A stretch of 61,444 bases of DNA from Candidatus Uhrbacteria bacterium (lineage in GTDB: Bacteria > Patescibacteriota > Patescibacteriia > UBA9934), in NCBI GenBank assembly GCA_943350635.1, contig CALRAI010000002.1, positions 1 to 61,444 of the forward strand, in the 5' to 3' direction. The notes under the pieces are model-generated. The model did no database searches. It was not told where the DNA came from and saw only the letters and a program-made list of their open reading frames with translations. The position numbers were made by a program, and so were the translations under genes. Positions 37,599 to 46,373 of this stretch are shown piece after piece (position 1 is the stretch's first letter; each line of letters begins with the position of its first letter).

Positions 37599-39038
37599 AT
37601 GTCATCCACCAATCTTGAAACCATTGTTCACTTTTCTACACAAAAAGGCTTCGTATTTCCGTCCAGCGATATTTACGGCGGCTTTGCGGCCACGTACGAC
37701 TTTGGTCCGGTGGGAATGTTGTTGAAAAAGAATCTCGAAGCTGCATGGCGATATTGGAACGTCACAAGTCGCACCGACGTCGTCGAAATAGAGGGAGCAA
37801 TCTTCATGCATCCAAAAGTATGGGAAGCATCGGGCCACATTGGCGGATTCTCCGATTTGTTGGTTGAGGATTTGGTTTCACACCGTCGATTCCGTGCGGA
37901 TCATCTTATTGAGGATGCGAAAATTATGGAAAACGCAGGTGCACTTACGCCAGAACAGGTCGACGAGGTTATCGCGGAACACAAACTCAAGAGCCCCGAC
38001 GGCAATCCGGTTTCCAAAGCAAAGCGATTCAACCTTCTCGTGAAAACACATCTTGGTCCAGTGGAAGACGAATCATCACTCGTGTATTTGAAAGGTGAGA
38101 GCTGTCAAAATATTTATCTCGACTGGAAGGCGACGCAAATGGTAACGCGAAAAAAACTTCCATTCGGCATTGCACAGATCGGGAAAGCATTCCGCAACGA
38201 AATTACCGTGAAGCAATTCTTGTTCCGCACACGGGAGTTTGAACAAATGGACGTGCAGTTTTTCTGCAAGCCAGCGGACGCAGACGCGCAATACGAAGCA
38301 TGGAAAGCGAACCGATGGGATTTTTATACCAAGTGTTTAGGACTCAAGGAAGAAAATGTTCGTTGGCGCCAGCATGAACTGGATGAACGAGCATTTTATG
38401 CGCAGGATGCATGGGACATTGAATATAAGTTCGGCGAAATTGGGTTTAAGGAAGTGGAAGGCGTGCATCATCGCGGAAGTTACGATCTGGATCAGCACTC
38501 CAAGTTTAGCGGACAAGACTTAAGCTACTTCGATCCGGAAACGAACGAGCGCTACAATCCATGGATCGTGGAATGTTCTGGGGGCTTCAATCGATTGTTC
38601 TTGCTCACCTTATTCGAGTTCTATCGCGAGGAAGAGCTGACGACGGCGAAGGGAGAGAAGGAAACGCGCGTGGTATTTGGTGCACCGTACGACTTAGCGC
38701 CGTTCAAAGTCGCGATCCTTCCGCTCATGAAAAAGGACGGGCTCGCGGATGCTGCGTGGGATCTGTACGAAGGCCTTCGTAAGCATGGAATTTCCGCGGA
38801 GTACGACGAAAGCGGATCCATCGGTAAGCGATACCGTCGACAAGACGAAGTTGGTACACCATGGTGTGTTACGGTGGATTACACCACGCTTGAGGACGGA
38901 ACCGTCACCCTTCGTCATCGCGATTCCATGGCACAGATTGGTGACGTGCCCTCCGGAGCTTCAGCGAAGGAGGGAGGTGGTCGCATTCCGGTTGCAGATA
39001 TTGGAGCATATTTATCGAAGGACGCATTCGGAAAATAA
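37599..39038 (+). CDS. glyQS: Glycine--tRNA ligase (dimeric alpha2 type)
   Basis: IYGGFAATYDFGPVG, GIAQIGKAFRNEI, FRTREFEQM, SIGKRYRRQDEVGTP. Confidence 0.96.
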   Translation: MSSTNLETIVHFSTQKGFVFPSSDIYGGFAATYDFGPVGMLLKKNLEAAWRYWNVTSRTDVVEIEGAIFMHPKVWEASGHIGGFSDLLVEDLVSHRRFRADHLIEDAKIMENAGALTPEQVDEVIAEHKLKSPDGNPVSKAKRFNLLVKTHLGPVEDESSLVYLKGESCQNIYLDWKATQMVTRKKLPFGIAQIGKAFRNEITVKQFLFRTREFEQMDVQFFCKPADADAQYEAWKANRWDFYTKCLGLKEENVRWRQHELDERAFYAQDAWDIEYKFGEIGFKEVEGVHHRGSYDLDQHSKFSGQDLSYFDPETNERYNPWIVECSGGFNRLFLLTLFEFYREEELTTAKGEKETRVVFGAPYDLAPFKVAILPLMKKDGLADAAWDLYEGLRKHGISAEYDESGSIGKRYRRQDEVGTPWCVTVDYTTLEDGTVTLRHRDSMAQIGDVPSGASAKEGGGRIPVADIGAYLSKDAFGK

Positions 39039-39108
39039 ATATCCCCAGCGAATGCCGGACATGATCCGACAAAGAACGTGTATCGTTGAACGAGAAAAAT
39101 AAAAGAAC

Positions 39109-39148
39109 CACAAAACCGTCGGACATGCACCGACGGTTTTGTATTTTT
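39109..39148 (+). terminator. Intrinsic terminator after glyQS
   Basis: ACAAAACCGTCGG-N7-CCGACGGTTTTGT followed by a T-run. Confidence 0.7.
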
Positions 39149-39481
39149 TAGGAGAAAAAATGATTGAGACGAAACAGAATCTTTGGCACGATGGTTACAG
39201 AACGGTTCTGTGAACGCCAACGGCCGTTGGCACAAGAGAAATTCAGGGAATGTGTATCGGTTGCGTGCGATCCAGAACATCGCTCTTCGGGTGTTCTGCC
39301 GGCGCGACGGTTGTGCCTTCCGCGGCTCGGGGAATATTGGTATGGGGAACGTGTTTCTCGAGCCGTCACTGCGCTACTGAGACCCTTTTATAGATCACAA
39401 GTCTTCGTTTGCGATTCTCCAGCAACCGGGGACGTTGGGATCATTCGGGTTTCATCGTTTCATTCACAATAGGGAGTTGTC

Positions 39482-40744
39482 ATGGTTCGTGGATATGTCC
39501 GTGGAATGGTGTTTTGGATGAGCCTCATGCTCATCATCTTTCTTGCATGCATGCTGAACGGCTGCTGCAATTACGAGTGTGAGTTGTGGCGGAGTGCGGA
39601 ACGCTACGGCAATGGTGCAGGCATGGCGCCGGCAGACTCTGCCGATGCGGGCGAGCATGGGAGCGGCTCGGAGGATCCCTGGGATACCGGTGAGCCTATC
39701 GATACCAGCGACTACTGGGATTGGGGCGATACCGCGGGGGACACGGGATACTGGGAAAACTCCACGGAGCATAAAGAGCCTGTGGACGAATCCCGCTCTA
39801 TGCGCACCACGGCGGGGAACGGTTTCGTGTATCCGCTCGATTCCATGACGGCGTGGAAGGACACGTACGACTACGCCGGATTTGGCGCCTGCGGCACGAG
39901 CTACTACACCAACACGTGTCACAACGGTACCGACATTGGTGCCACTCGCGGAGATTCCGTGTATGCCATTGCGGCAGGCACGGTAGTCAAAGTGAGTGGT
40001 TCGCAGAACAGCACGTGTACGTCTGGCTGGGGGTACGACTCCGGCGGAGCGAACACCTGCAACATGGCGGTGGCGGTGCAGCACTACGCGGCGGACGGCA
40101 CGGCATTCGTGGTGGTGTACGGACACATGGTGTACAGCTCCTCGATTTCCGTGGGCAAAACCTACGCGTCGGGAGACACTATCGGCATCATTGCGTACGA
40201 CTACGACCGCACCAGTTCCTCGGCATCGTGGACGAAAACGTCCAGCCCGCATCTGCACTTTGGAGTGTTTCCTGGTACGAGTTCTCCGGCGGTGTCGTCG
40301 GGACTCTACGGCTGGGGAAAGCTCACGTGTGCGGGCGCGAATCAGGCGGCGAGCAGCACGTTTCCCTCATCTTGTACGAACAATGGCTCTACGGCCGGCG
40401 GCACGTACATTGGTGCGAAAACGTGGGTTGCGCCTCCGGGTGCGCCAACGCTCTCCAGTCCTGCAAGCGGCGCATCGGTTTCGTCGCCGGTGTCGCTCAG
40501 CTGGACGAATAGCTCTGGCACGTATCGTTCACACGTCATGGTGTGCACAGACTCGTCGCTCACCACGGGATGTATCAATCCCGACGGTGGCATGACGGGG
40601 CAAGAGCCGACCACAGCCTTTACCACGTCCTACAACGCAACGCTCTCCAACGCCACGTACTACTGGGCCGTTCGAGGGATTGCGTACACGGATTCTGGTG
40701 GCTGGGGGAGCTACAGCAGTGTGCGACAGTTCACGGTGCGATAA
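39482..40744 (+). CDS. Secreted M23 family metallopeptidase with C-terminal FN3/Ig-like domain
   Basis: HNGTD (HxxxD), VYAIAAGTV, YGHM, PHLHF (HxH); APTLSSP...YYWAVRG; AGGGAG upstream. Confidence 0.85.
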   Translation: MVRGYVRGMVFWMSLMLIIFLACMLNGCCNYECELWRSAERYGNGAGMAPADSADAGEHGSGSEDPWDTGEPIDTSDYWDWGDTAGDTGYWENSTEHKEPVDESRSMRTTAGNGFVYPLDSMTAWKDTYDYAGFGACGTSYYTNTCHNGTDIGATRGDSVYAIAAGTVVKVSGSQNSTCTSGWGYDSGGANTCNMAVAVQHYAADGTAFVVVYGHMVYSSSISVGKTYASGDTIGIIAYDYDRTSSSASWTKTSSPHLHFGVFPGTSSPAVSSGLYGWGKLTCAGANQAASSTFPSSCTNNGSTAGGTYIGAKTWVAPPGAPTLSSPASGASVSSPVSLSWTNSSGTYRSHVMVCTDSSLTTGCINPDGGMTGQEPTTAFTTSYNATLSNATYYWAVRGIAYTDSGGWGSYSSVRQFTVR

Positions 40745-40828
40745 CGAACCGAACGGGGTGGTGTTTGACGAAAGTCGGCGCCACCCATGCACGGGAATAA
40801 ATTTCTAATCTCTTTTTATGGGAAATGT

Positions 40829-41335
40829 ATGAATAAACTCTTTCCCGCCATCATGATCGCACTATGCGTCGCGATTGGCGGAACGGTCGGAACCACGCAC
40901 GCAGCAACACATTACGTACTGGGATACTCGTCGGTAGATAGTGGAAAGGGGCTCGAATGGGGCGGCTCCACGGCATATGCCACGGAATGGAACTCGTCCA
41001 TCGCCACATGGAACGCACGAGGCAAGGTCACAATTTCCGCAGATACGATGTTTACACTTCAGGATCTTACGGTTTCCGACGCCTATTCTCCGGCAGCATC
41101 CTGGGCAGGCGTGTATACCTACAAAGGCGCGTGGAGTGCCGAGACGCTACAATTCAACACGTATTATCTTGATCGATTCTCCTCTGCGCAAAAACAAAAC
41201 GTCGCCACGCACGAGCTTGGTCATTCCCTTGGGCTTGCACACAGCACTGCTGGGATGGTGATGTATAAATATGTGTCCACCGTAACAGCGCTTGGCGCAC
41301 AGGACACGGGTGACTACACGTACCTTTACCCATAA
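40829..41335 (+). CDS. Secreted matrixin/M10-like zinc metalloprotease
   Basis: Signal peptide; HELGHSLGLAH (HExxHxxGxxH) followed by Met-turn VMY. Confidence 0.88.
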   Translation: MNKLFPAIMIALCVAIGGTVGTTHAATHYVLGYSSVDSGKGLEWGGSTAYATEWNSSIATWNARGKVTISADTMFTLQDLTVSDAYSPAASWAGVYTYKGAWSAETLQFNTYYLDRFSSAQKQNVATHELGHSLGLAHSTAGMVMYKYVSTVTALGAQDTGDYTYLYP

Positions 41336-41346
41336 GATATTTCTTC

Positions 41347-41431
41347 CGTCATCCTGAACGCACGTGAAGGATCTCTCGGAGATTCCTCCGGATCACCGAC
41401 GAGAGATCCTTCGCCTACGCTCAGGATGACG
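41347..41431. repeat. REP-like palindromic doublet
   Basis: CGTCATCCTGA..GAAGGATCTCTCG / CGAGAGATCCTTC..TCAGGATGACG. Confidence 0.8.
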
Positions 41432-41457
41432 AACGGATATCAAAATTCAGAAAAACT

Positions 41458-42087
41458 ATGAAAAAAATTCTCAAAATCACGAGTGCGATGTTCGTGGGAG
41501 CGTTCCTTATCGGCATCGGTCTTCACACAAATCTCATTCATCTTCCATTTGCTCGAGCAATCGACGCAAGCTTTCCGGAAGCGTTGAGCACCGATCGAGG
41601 TTTTGTAGGTGCAGTACACACGGTATCCGTTGCGAAAGTGATGAAGAACACGGGGCAGTCGATAGTGAACGGGATTCCTACAACACAGTTCCAAGTACAA
41701 ATCATTAAAAATATCAAAGGCACGCTTCCGGAGCGCGTCGTCCTTCAGCAGTCGGGTGGATACGAAAATGGCGTACTCATCACGATGGAAGAACAGCCAT
41801 TATTGAAGGCGGGATCGACGTATCTTCTTTCCACGCGAACCGACGGAAAAGGCATGTATCTCGTTTCTGCGTATACGCGAGGAACGATTCTGCTCAGTGC
41901 GGATCAAAAACTCACAACGACACAGTTGCTCGCGATATCGACAGCAAACAAAGATGTGATCGCCCTTCGAAATGCATACGCTACCGAACTCCCGTTTGAT
42001 ATCGACGTACAAAATACGGCAACCTTCAATAGCTTCATAAAAACCGTCACCATTCCATCCACACCCATATCGCCACAAACATGGTAA
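41458..42087 (+). CDS. Secreted hypothetical protein
   Basis: Signal peptide; QIIKNIKG...QSGG...PLLKAGSTYLL, a small beta-barrel-like pattern. Confidence 0.75.
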   Translation: MKKILKITSAMFVGAFLIGIGLHTNLIHLPFARAIDASFPEALSTDRGFVGAVHTVSVAKVMKNTGQSIVNGIPTTQFQVQIIKNIKGTLPERVVLQQSGGYENGVLITMEEQPLLKAGSTYLLSTRTDGKGMYLVSAYTRGTILLSADQKLTTTQLLAISTANKDVIALRNAYATELPFDIDVQNTATFNSFIKTVTIPSTPISPQTW

Positions 42088-42120
42088 AGGAAAGCGATAA
42101 GATAAGAGAAAGATAATGAT

Positions 42121-42243
42121 AGAATTCCGTCATTTTCGGTCAGTTTCGGTGCGCGGAGAGCAAAGCTCGTGAAACGTACTTCATGGTACGTTGAACGAGT
42201 TTGCGAAGCCGCAAGCCGAAAATGGCCAAAATGCCGGAATTCT
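42121..42243 (+). repeat. ~123-nt palindromic element, copy C
   Basis: Arms AGAATTCCG-CATTTT / AAAATG-CGGAATTCT; core TGAAACGTACTTCATGGTACGTTGAA. Confidence 0.8.
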
Positions 42244-42281
42244 CTGTTTGCGTGTAATCACGCTTTAGGGCATACTCTCCC

Positions 42282-42623
42282 CGCGGGGTAGAGCAGCCAG
42301 GCAGCTCGTCGGGCTCAATCGCAAGAATTGCACTCATGGATCCTTATGATCTTTTTCTTGCAAAGGGCTGCGCGTAACGAAAGTCACGCGTGAACTTCTG
42401 TCAAATTCGGGGAAGCCTGTAATGGTAATCCCGAGCCAAGCCTTGAGCAATCAAGGAAGGTGTAGAGACTTGATGGCAGACGCCCAAACCAATCATCGTG
42501 AAAGCGGTGTGCGACGGGTGAAGGGAAAGTCCAGACCAACAAATTCGATTCGTCGAAGTAGCGAAAGCTATAGTGGTATGCATAACCCGAAGGTCGCTGG
42601 TTCAAATCCAGCCCCCGCAACCA
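42282..42623 (+). tRNA. Initiator tRNA-fMet(CAT), split: exon 1 42282..42315, exon 2 42581..42623
   Basis: Joined exons give 77 nt with C1xA72 mismatch, TCGGG-CTCATAA-CCCGA anticodon arm with three G-C pairs, and CCA. Confidence 0.94.
42316..42580 (+). ncRNA. Group I intron (265 nt, no ORF) inserted after U33 of tRNA-fMet
   Basis: Exon 1 ends in U and intron ends in G; P3 CTGTCA/TGGCAG; AAATTCGGGGAA; AATCCCGAGCCAAG; GTAGAGACT...AAAGTCC (P7). Confidence 0.92.
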
Positions 42624-42675
42624 AAATGTCCTCCGTCGCAAGACTGGGGATTTTTTGTTATACTTCTCTCTATCT

Positions 42676-43461
42676 ATGGCGCACATCGTCTCGGTAGTAA
42701 ATCAGAAGGGCGGCGTGGGAAAAACCACCACATCCATGAATCTTGCAGCATTTTTGTCGCATCTGGGAAAATCTGTACTCCTCGTTGATCTTGATCCGCA
42801 AGGCAATGCCACCAGTGGTTTTGGCATGAAGCCCACCGAACTTTCCGGAACCTACGAAGCACTTGCAGGCACGCACCAGGTTCGCGATCTTATTGTCGGT
42901 ACGGCGCATCCTGGCCTTGCGCTGCTTCCTGGCGGCCCAGATCTTGCCGGTTCTGCGGTGGAACTTGTTACGGAATTCAACCGTGAGCGAAAGCTGGAAG
43001 CCGCACTTATGGCGGTGCGGAACGACTACGACTACATTCTTATCGACAATCCGCCGTCGTTGGGCTTGCTTACTATTAACGGCCTTGTCGCGAGCGACAG
43101 CGTGCTTATTCCGGTGCAGGCGGAATACTACGCGTTGGAAGGACTTGGACAGCTCATGCACACCGTAAATTTAGTGCGTGAACATCTCAAGCCAAACCTT
43201 GGTATCATGGGGGCAGTGATTACGATGTTCGATCCAAGAACAAACCTTTCGAATCAGGTGCTTCAGGAGCTGTACAAACACTTTCCGGGAAAGATTTTCC
43301 GTTCGGTTATTCCCCGAAGCGTTCGTTTAGCCGAAGCACCAAGTTTTGGAAAAACCATTTTGCATTACGACGCAGAAAGCAAAGCGGCAAAGGCATACGA
43401 ACGTTTAGCACGAGAATTTTTAGTGCGCGAAGAATCGGGGACCGCAACGGTAAATGGATAA
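42676..43461 (+). CDS. parA: Chromosome partitioning ATPase ParA/Soj
   Basis: NQKGGVGKTTT, DLDPQGNAT, PPSLGLLT, LAEAPSFG. Confidence 0.96.
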   Translation: MAHIVSVVNQKGGVGKTTTSMNLAAFLSHLGKSVLLVDLDPQGNATSGFGMKPTELSGTYEALAGTHQVRDLIVGTAHPGLALLPGGPDLAGSAVELVTEFNRERKLEAALMAVRNDYDYILIDNPPSLGLLTINGLVASDSVLIPVQAEYYALEGLGQLMHTVNLVREHLKPNLGIMGAVITMFDPRTNLSNQVLQELYKHFPGKIFRSVIPRSVRLAEAPSFGKTILHYDAESKAAKAYERLAREFLVREESGTATVNG

Positions 43462-43464
43462 TCT

Positions 43465-44418
43465 ATGCAAAAGACCCAAGGAGGGTTAGGACGAGGACTC
43501 GGTGCATTATTGCCGCAACACGCCAATCCGCAAATGTACGGACAATCGTCGGCTGTTCATACAGCAGCACCAGAGCCAGCATCGGCGCCAACACCTATAC
43601 CGATGCGCCAAACGCCATTTGAGCCATCGCCCACAGTAAGCGTTGCGCCGGTGCCTCGTATTCACGGGAGACTGATGCACATTTCTCCAAATAATATTGT
43701 CGCAAACCCGCGTCAACCGCGCTTGTATTTTGCGGAGGAGGATCTGACGGATCTCATGGCAAGCGTAAAGGAGCACGGTATTTTGCAGCCACTCGTTGTG
43801 ACATTACGAGGGGACGGAAAATACGAACTCATCGCCGGTGAACGTCGTTTGCGTTCTGCGAGAGCCGTTGGTTTGGAAACGGTGCCGGTTATTGTGCGTG
43901 AAGCTAACGATCAGCAAAAGCTGGAACTCGCACTCATCGAAAATATTCAGCGGTCGGATCTCAATGCGGTAGAAGAAGCCCGTGCCTACCAGTCCATGAT
44001 GGACGACTTTGCACTCACGCAAGAAGACGTTGCTGGCCGTGTGGGAAAGAGCCGATCGCAAATTGCGAATACCGTGCGTTTGCTCGACTTGCCAGCCGAC
44101 ATGCTGGTTGCCGTCATCGATGGCAGGCTCACCAAGAGTCATGCACGAACACTGCTCTCCGAACTCAACGATGCAAAACGTCGTGATCTCTTCGATCGCA
44201 TGATCGGCAGTGGCATGAGCGTGCGTTCTGCAGAATCATCGACGAGTCGGAGACAATCCACTGCAAAAGATCCAAATATTCTCGCGCTCGAATCCGCGCT
44301 TCGCGAAAAACTTGGAACGAAGGTTACGATCGACACCAAGGGAACCAACAGTTCAATCACGATCCATTGCTACTCCAAGGAGGATCTTGCTGCAATGATT
44401 CGCAGGCTCAACGGATAA
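43465..44418 (+). CDS. parB: Chromosome partitioning protein ParB/Spo0J
   Basis: GLGRGLGAL, GILQPL, IAGERRLR, ALIENIQR, HTH. Confidence 0.96.
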   Translation: MQKTQGGLGRGLGALLPQHANPQMYGQSSAVHTAAPEPASAPTPIPMRQTPFEPSPTVSVAPVPRIHGRLMHISPNNIVANPRQPRLYFAEEDLTDLMASVKEHGILQPLVVTLRGDGKYELIAGERRLRSARAVGLETVPVIVREANDQQKLELALIENIQRSDLNAVEEARAYQSMMDDFALTQEDVAGRVGKSRSQIANTVRLLDLPADMLVAVIDGRLTKSHARTLLSELNDAKRRDLFDRMIGSGMSVRSAESSTSRRQSTAKDPNILALESALREKLGTKVTIDTKGTNSSITIHCYSKEDLAAMIRRLNG

Positions 44419-44434
44419 GGATCAATGAAGATTT

Positions 44435-44462
44435 GTCATCCCCGCGCAGGCGGGGATCCAGT
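44435..44462. repeat. 28-nt palindromic repeat (RPE/dRS3-like), intergenic copy
   Basis: GTCATCCCCGCGCAGGCGGGGATCCAGT between convergent parB and relA/spoT; identical to 49956..49983. Confidence 0.85.
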
Positions 44463-44464
44463 AT

Positions 44465-45943
44465 CTACCGTTTCACTTTTCCCCACAGCGTACTCAAAAT
44501 ACCGTGATTCACACCGTGCAGCGCTGCTTTAATCTTGCTGCGAGCGTGGCGTGTTTTCACAAACTTCAACCAATCCTTGTTTGGTGCTTTGCGATTTTTA
44601 TCGATAATCAACTCACACATATCGCCGCTCTTCAACGCCCGGTCGAGTGCCGCAATTTCACCATTCACCTTTGCTTGCGCCACCTTGTTGCCAATTTCCG
44701 TGTGAATCGCATACGCCATGTCGATCGGTGTGGAATCTTCAGGAAGATCAATCACGTCGCCTTTTGGCGTGAACACAAAAATTCTGTCCCGGAACATGTC
44801 GAGTTTCAGCTCGTTCAAATGCGCCATGAAGTCGTTTGCACTCAACTCCTTCTGAATACGGGACAATTCCTCCATCCATTCCACATTGCGCTCCTCCCGT
44901 GTTGCGCCTTGTTTGTATCGCCAGTGCGCCGCCACACCATACTCACTTTCCTCATGCATGGCTTGCGTACGAATCTGAAACTCTAAGATGGATCCACTTT
45001 CGTCGAACACTGTGGTGTGGAGCGACTGATACCCGTTCGGTTTTGGTTGCGCGATGTAGTCTTTAATACGGCCTGGGAGTGGTGTGTACAAACCGTGCAA
45101 AATACCAAGCACAGCATAACAATCCGTAATATCTTTCACGACGACGCGCATAGCCACGATGTCGTACACCTTACTCATGTCGTTTTTGTACTTGAGCAAT
45201 TTTCGATACAAACTGTAGCAATGCTTTACTCGGCCGTGGATATCCACATATCCAACAGCATGGCGATGCAGCTCGTTGCTCACATGCTTCATGGAGCGGT
45301 CGAGTGACGGTCCAAATTTTTTCACGCGTTCCTCGAGCAGATGCTTCGTCCAGCTGTATTCCTTTGGTTCGATGTACTTAAACGAGTAATCCTCAAACAA
45401 TCCGCGGTATTCACCCATGCCAAGCCGGTTAGCGATTGGTGCGTAAATTTCCAGAACTTCCTTGGCGATTCTCAGGCGCTTGTGCTCAGGAAGCGCATAC
45501 AGCGTTTCCATGTTGTGCATTCTGTCGGCAAACTTAATAAACACCACGCGGACATCTTCCGCCATGGCCACGAACATTTTTCGTAAGTTTTCGATATATC
45601 GTTCCTCGCCGCGATATTTCACGTGGCCGAGCTTCGTGATGGCTCCAACCATACTCGAAACATCGGCACCAAAGTCTTTTGCAATATCCTCAAGCGTAAA
45701 CGCTGTATCTTCCGGAACATCGTGTAAAAGCCCAGCAGCAATCACATTGCATGGGAGCTTCAGATCGGCGAGTTTTAATCCTACAGAAAAACAGTGGATA
45801 AAATACGGTTCTCCAGTAGCCCGCTGTTGGCCTTCGTGGGCAATTTTCGCAAATTCGTACGCCTTTTTCAGGAAAACAAAATCCTCCGGCGTGTAGTGTG
45901 AATCTAATCGGCGCTCAAGATCGGAAAAATTCGTAGAGTCCAT
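44465..45943 (-). CDS. RelA/SpoT family (p)ppGpp synthetase/hydrolase (HD + SYNTH + TGS)
   Basis: AHEGQQRATGEPY, LLHDVPEDT, KFADRMHN, PKPNGYQSLHT, VFTPKG; ends shortly after TGS. Confidence 0.95.
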   Translation of the reverse strand: MDSTNFSDLERRLDSHYTPEDFVFLKKAYEFAKIAHEGQQRATGEPYFIHCFSVGLKLADLKLPCNVIAAGLLHDVPEDTAFTLEDIAKDFGADVSSMVGAITKLGHVKYRGEERYIENLRKMFVAMAEDVRVVFIKFADRMHNMETLYALPEHKRLRIAKEVLEIYAPIANRLGMGEYRGLFEDYSFKYIEPKEYSWTKHLLEERVKKFGPSLDRSMKHVSNELHRHAVGYVDIHGRVKHCYSLYRKLLKYKNDMSKVYDIVAMRVVVKDITDCYAVLGILHGLYTPLPGRIKDYIAQPKPNGYQSLHTTVFDESGSILEFQIRTQAMHEESEYGVAAHWRYKQGATREERNVEWMEELSRIQKELSANDFMAHLNELKLDMFRDRIFVFTPKGDVIDLPEDSTPIDMAYAIHTEIGNKVAQAKVNGEIAALDRALKSGDMCELIIDKNRKAPNKDWLKFVKTRHARSKIKAALHGVNHGILSTLWGKVKR

Positions 45944-46008
45944 ACCATATGAGTATATCGAGTTATTCAAAATCGGAACACCCGTGAAGAGTTTGTTATA
46001 CTGTGCGC

Positions 46009-46365
46009 ATGTTATCCCCACAAACCCCGAAAGTTTCAGAATCTGCGCTGCTTGCAGAGGCAAAGGCGCTAGCAATACAGCTTGCGCAGGCATTGGCCGC
46101 AAGCAACATGCCAGAGGACGAGAAAGAGGCATGGGCAGTATTGCTGCCAGAATTGCGATTGGATCAACTCTCCCGTCTTGCGGTAGTGCTCGATGCTTCC
46201 GTAGAAAAAGCCGTGAAAGCCGACGTTGCCGATATTGTGGAGAAGCTTCGTCCAATCCTAGAGAAATTCGCCGCATCGCAGGCGCAACTCGATAGTGAAT
46301 TCATGTCCAACATCAGTAGCATTGTTCAAGATGTGCGCAAAGCGGAAGCCTCGGCAAAAACCTAA
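46009..46365 (+). CDS. Hypothetical helical protein
   Basis: 118-aa ORF directly after TGnTATACT and 8 nt upstream of the large ORF. Confidence 0.7.
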   Translation: MLSPQTPKVSESALLAEAKALAIQLAQALAASNMPEDEKEAWAVLLPELRLDQLSRLAVVLDASVEKAVKADVADIVEKLRPILEKFAASQAQLDSEFMSNISSIVQDVRKAEASAKT

Positions 46366-46373
46366 ATTGATGT

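Noticed and set aside
42384..42788. ORFs overlapping the tRNA-fMet intron
   Set aside because: They cross exon boundaries and lack endonuclease motifs; the intron is ORF-less.
45944..46276. N-terminal extension of RelA/SpoT in the ORF track
   Set aside because: It overlaps the divergent gene at 46009; homology-like sequence starts at MDSTNF (45943).
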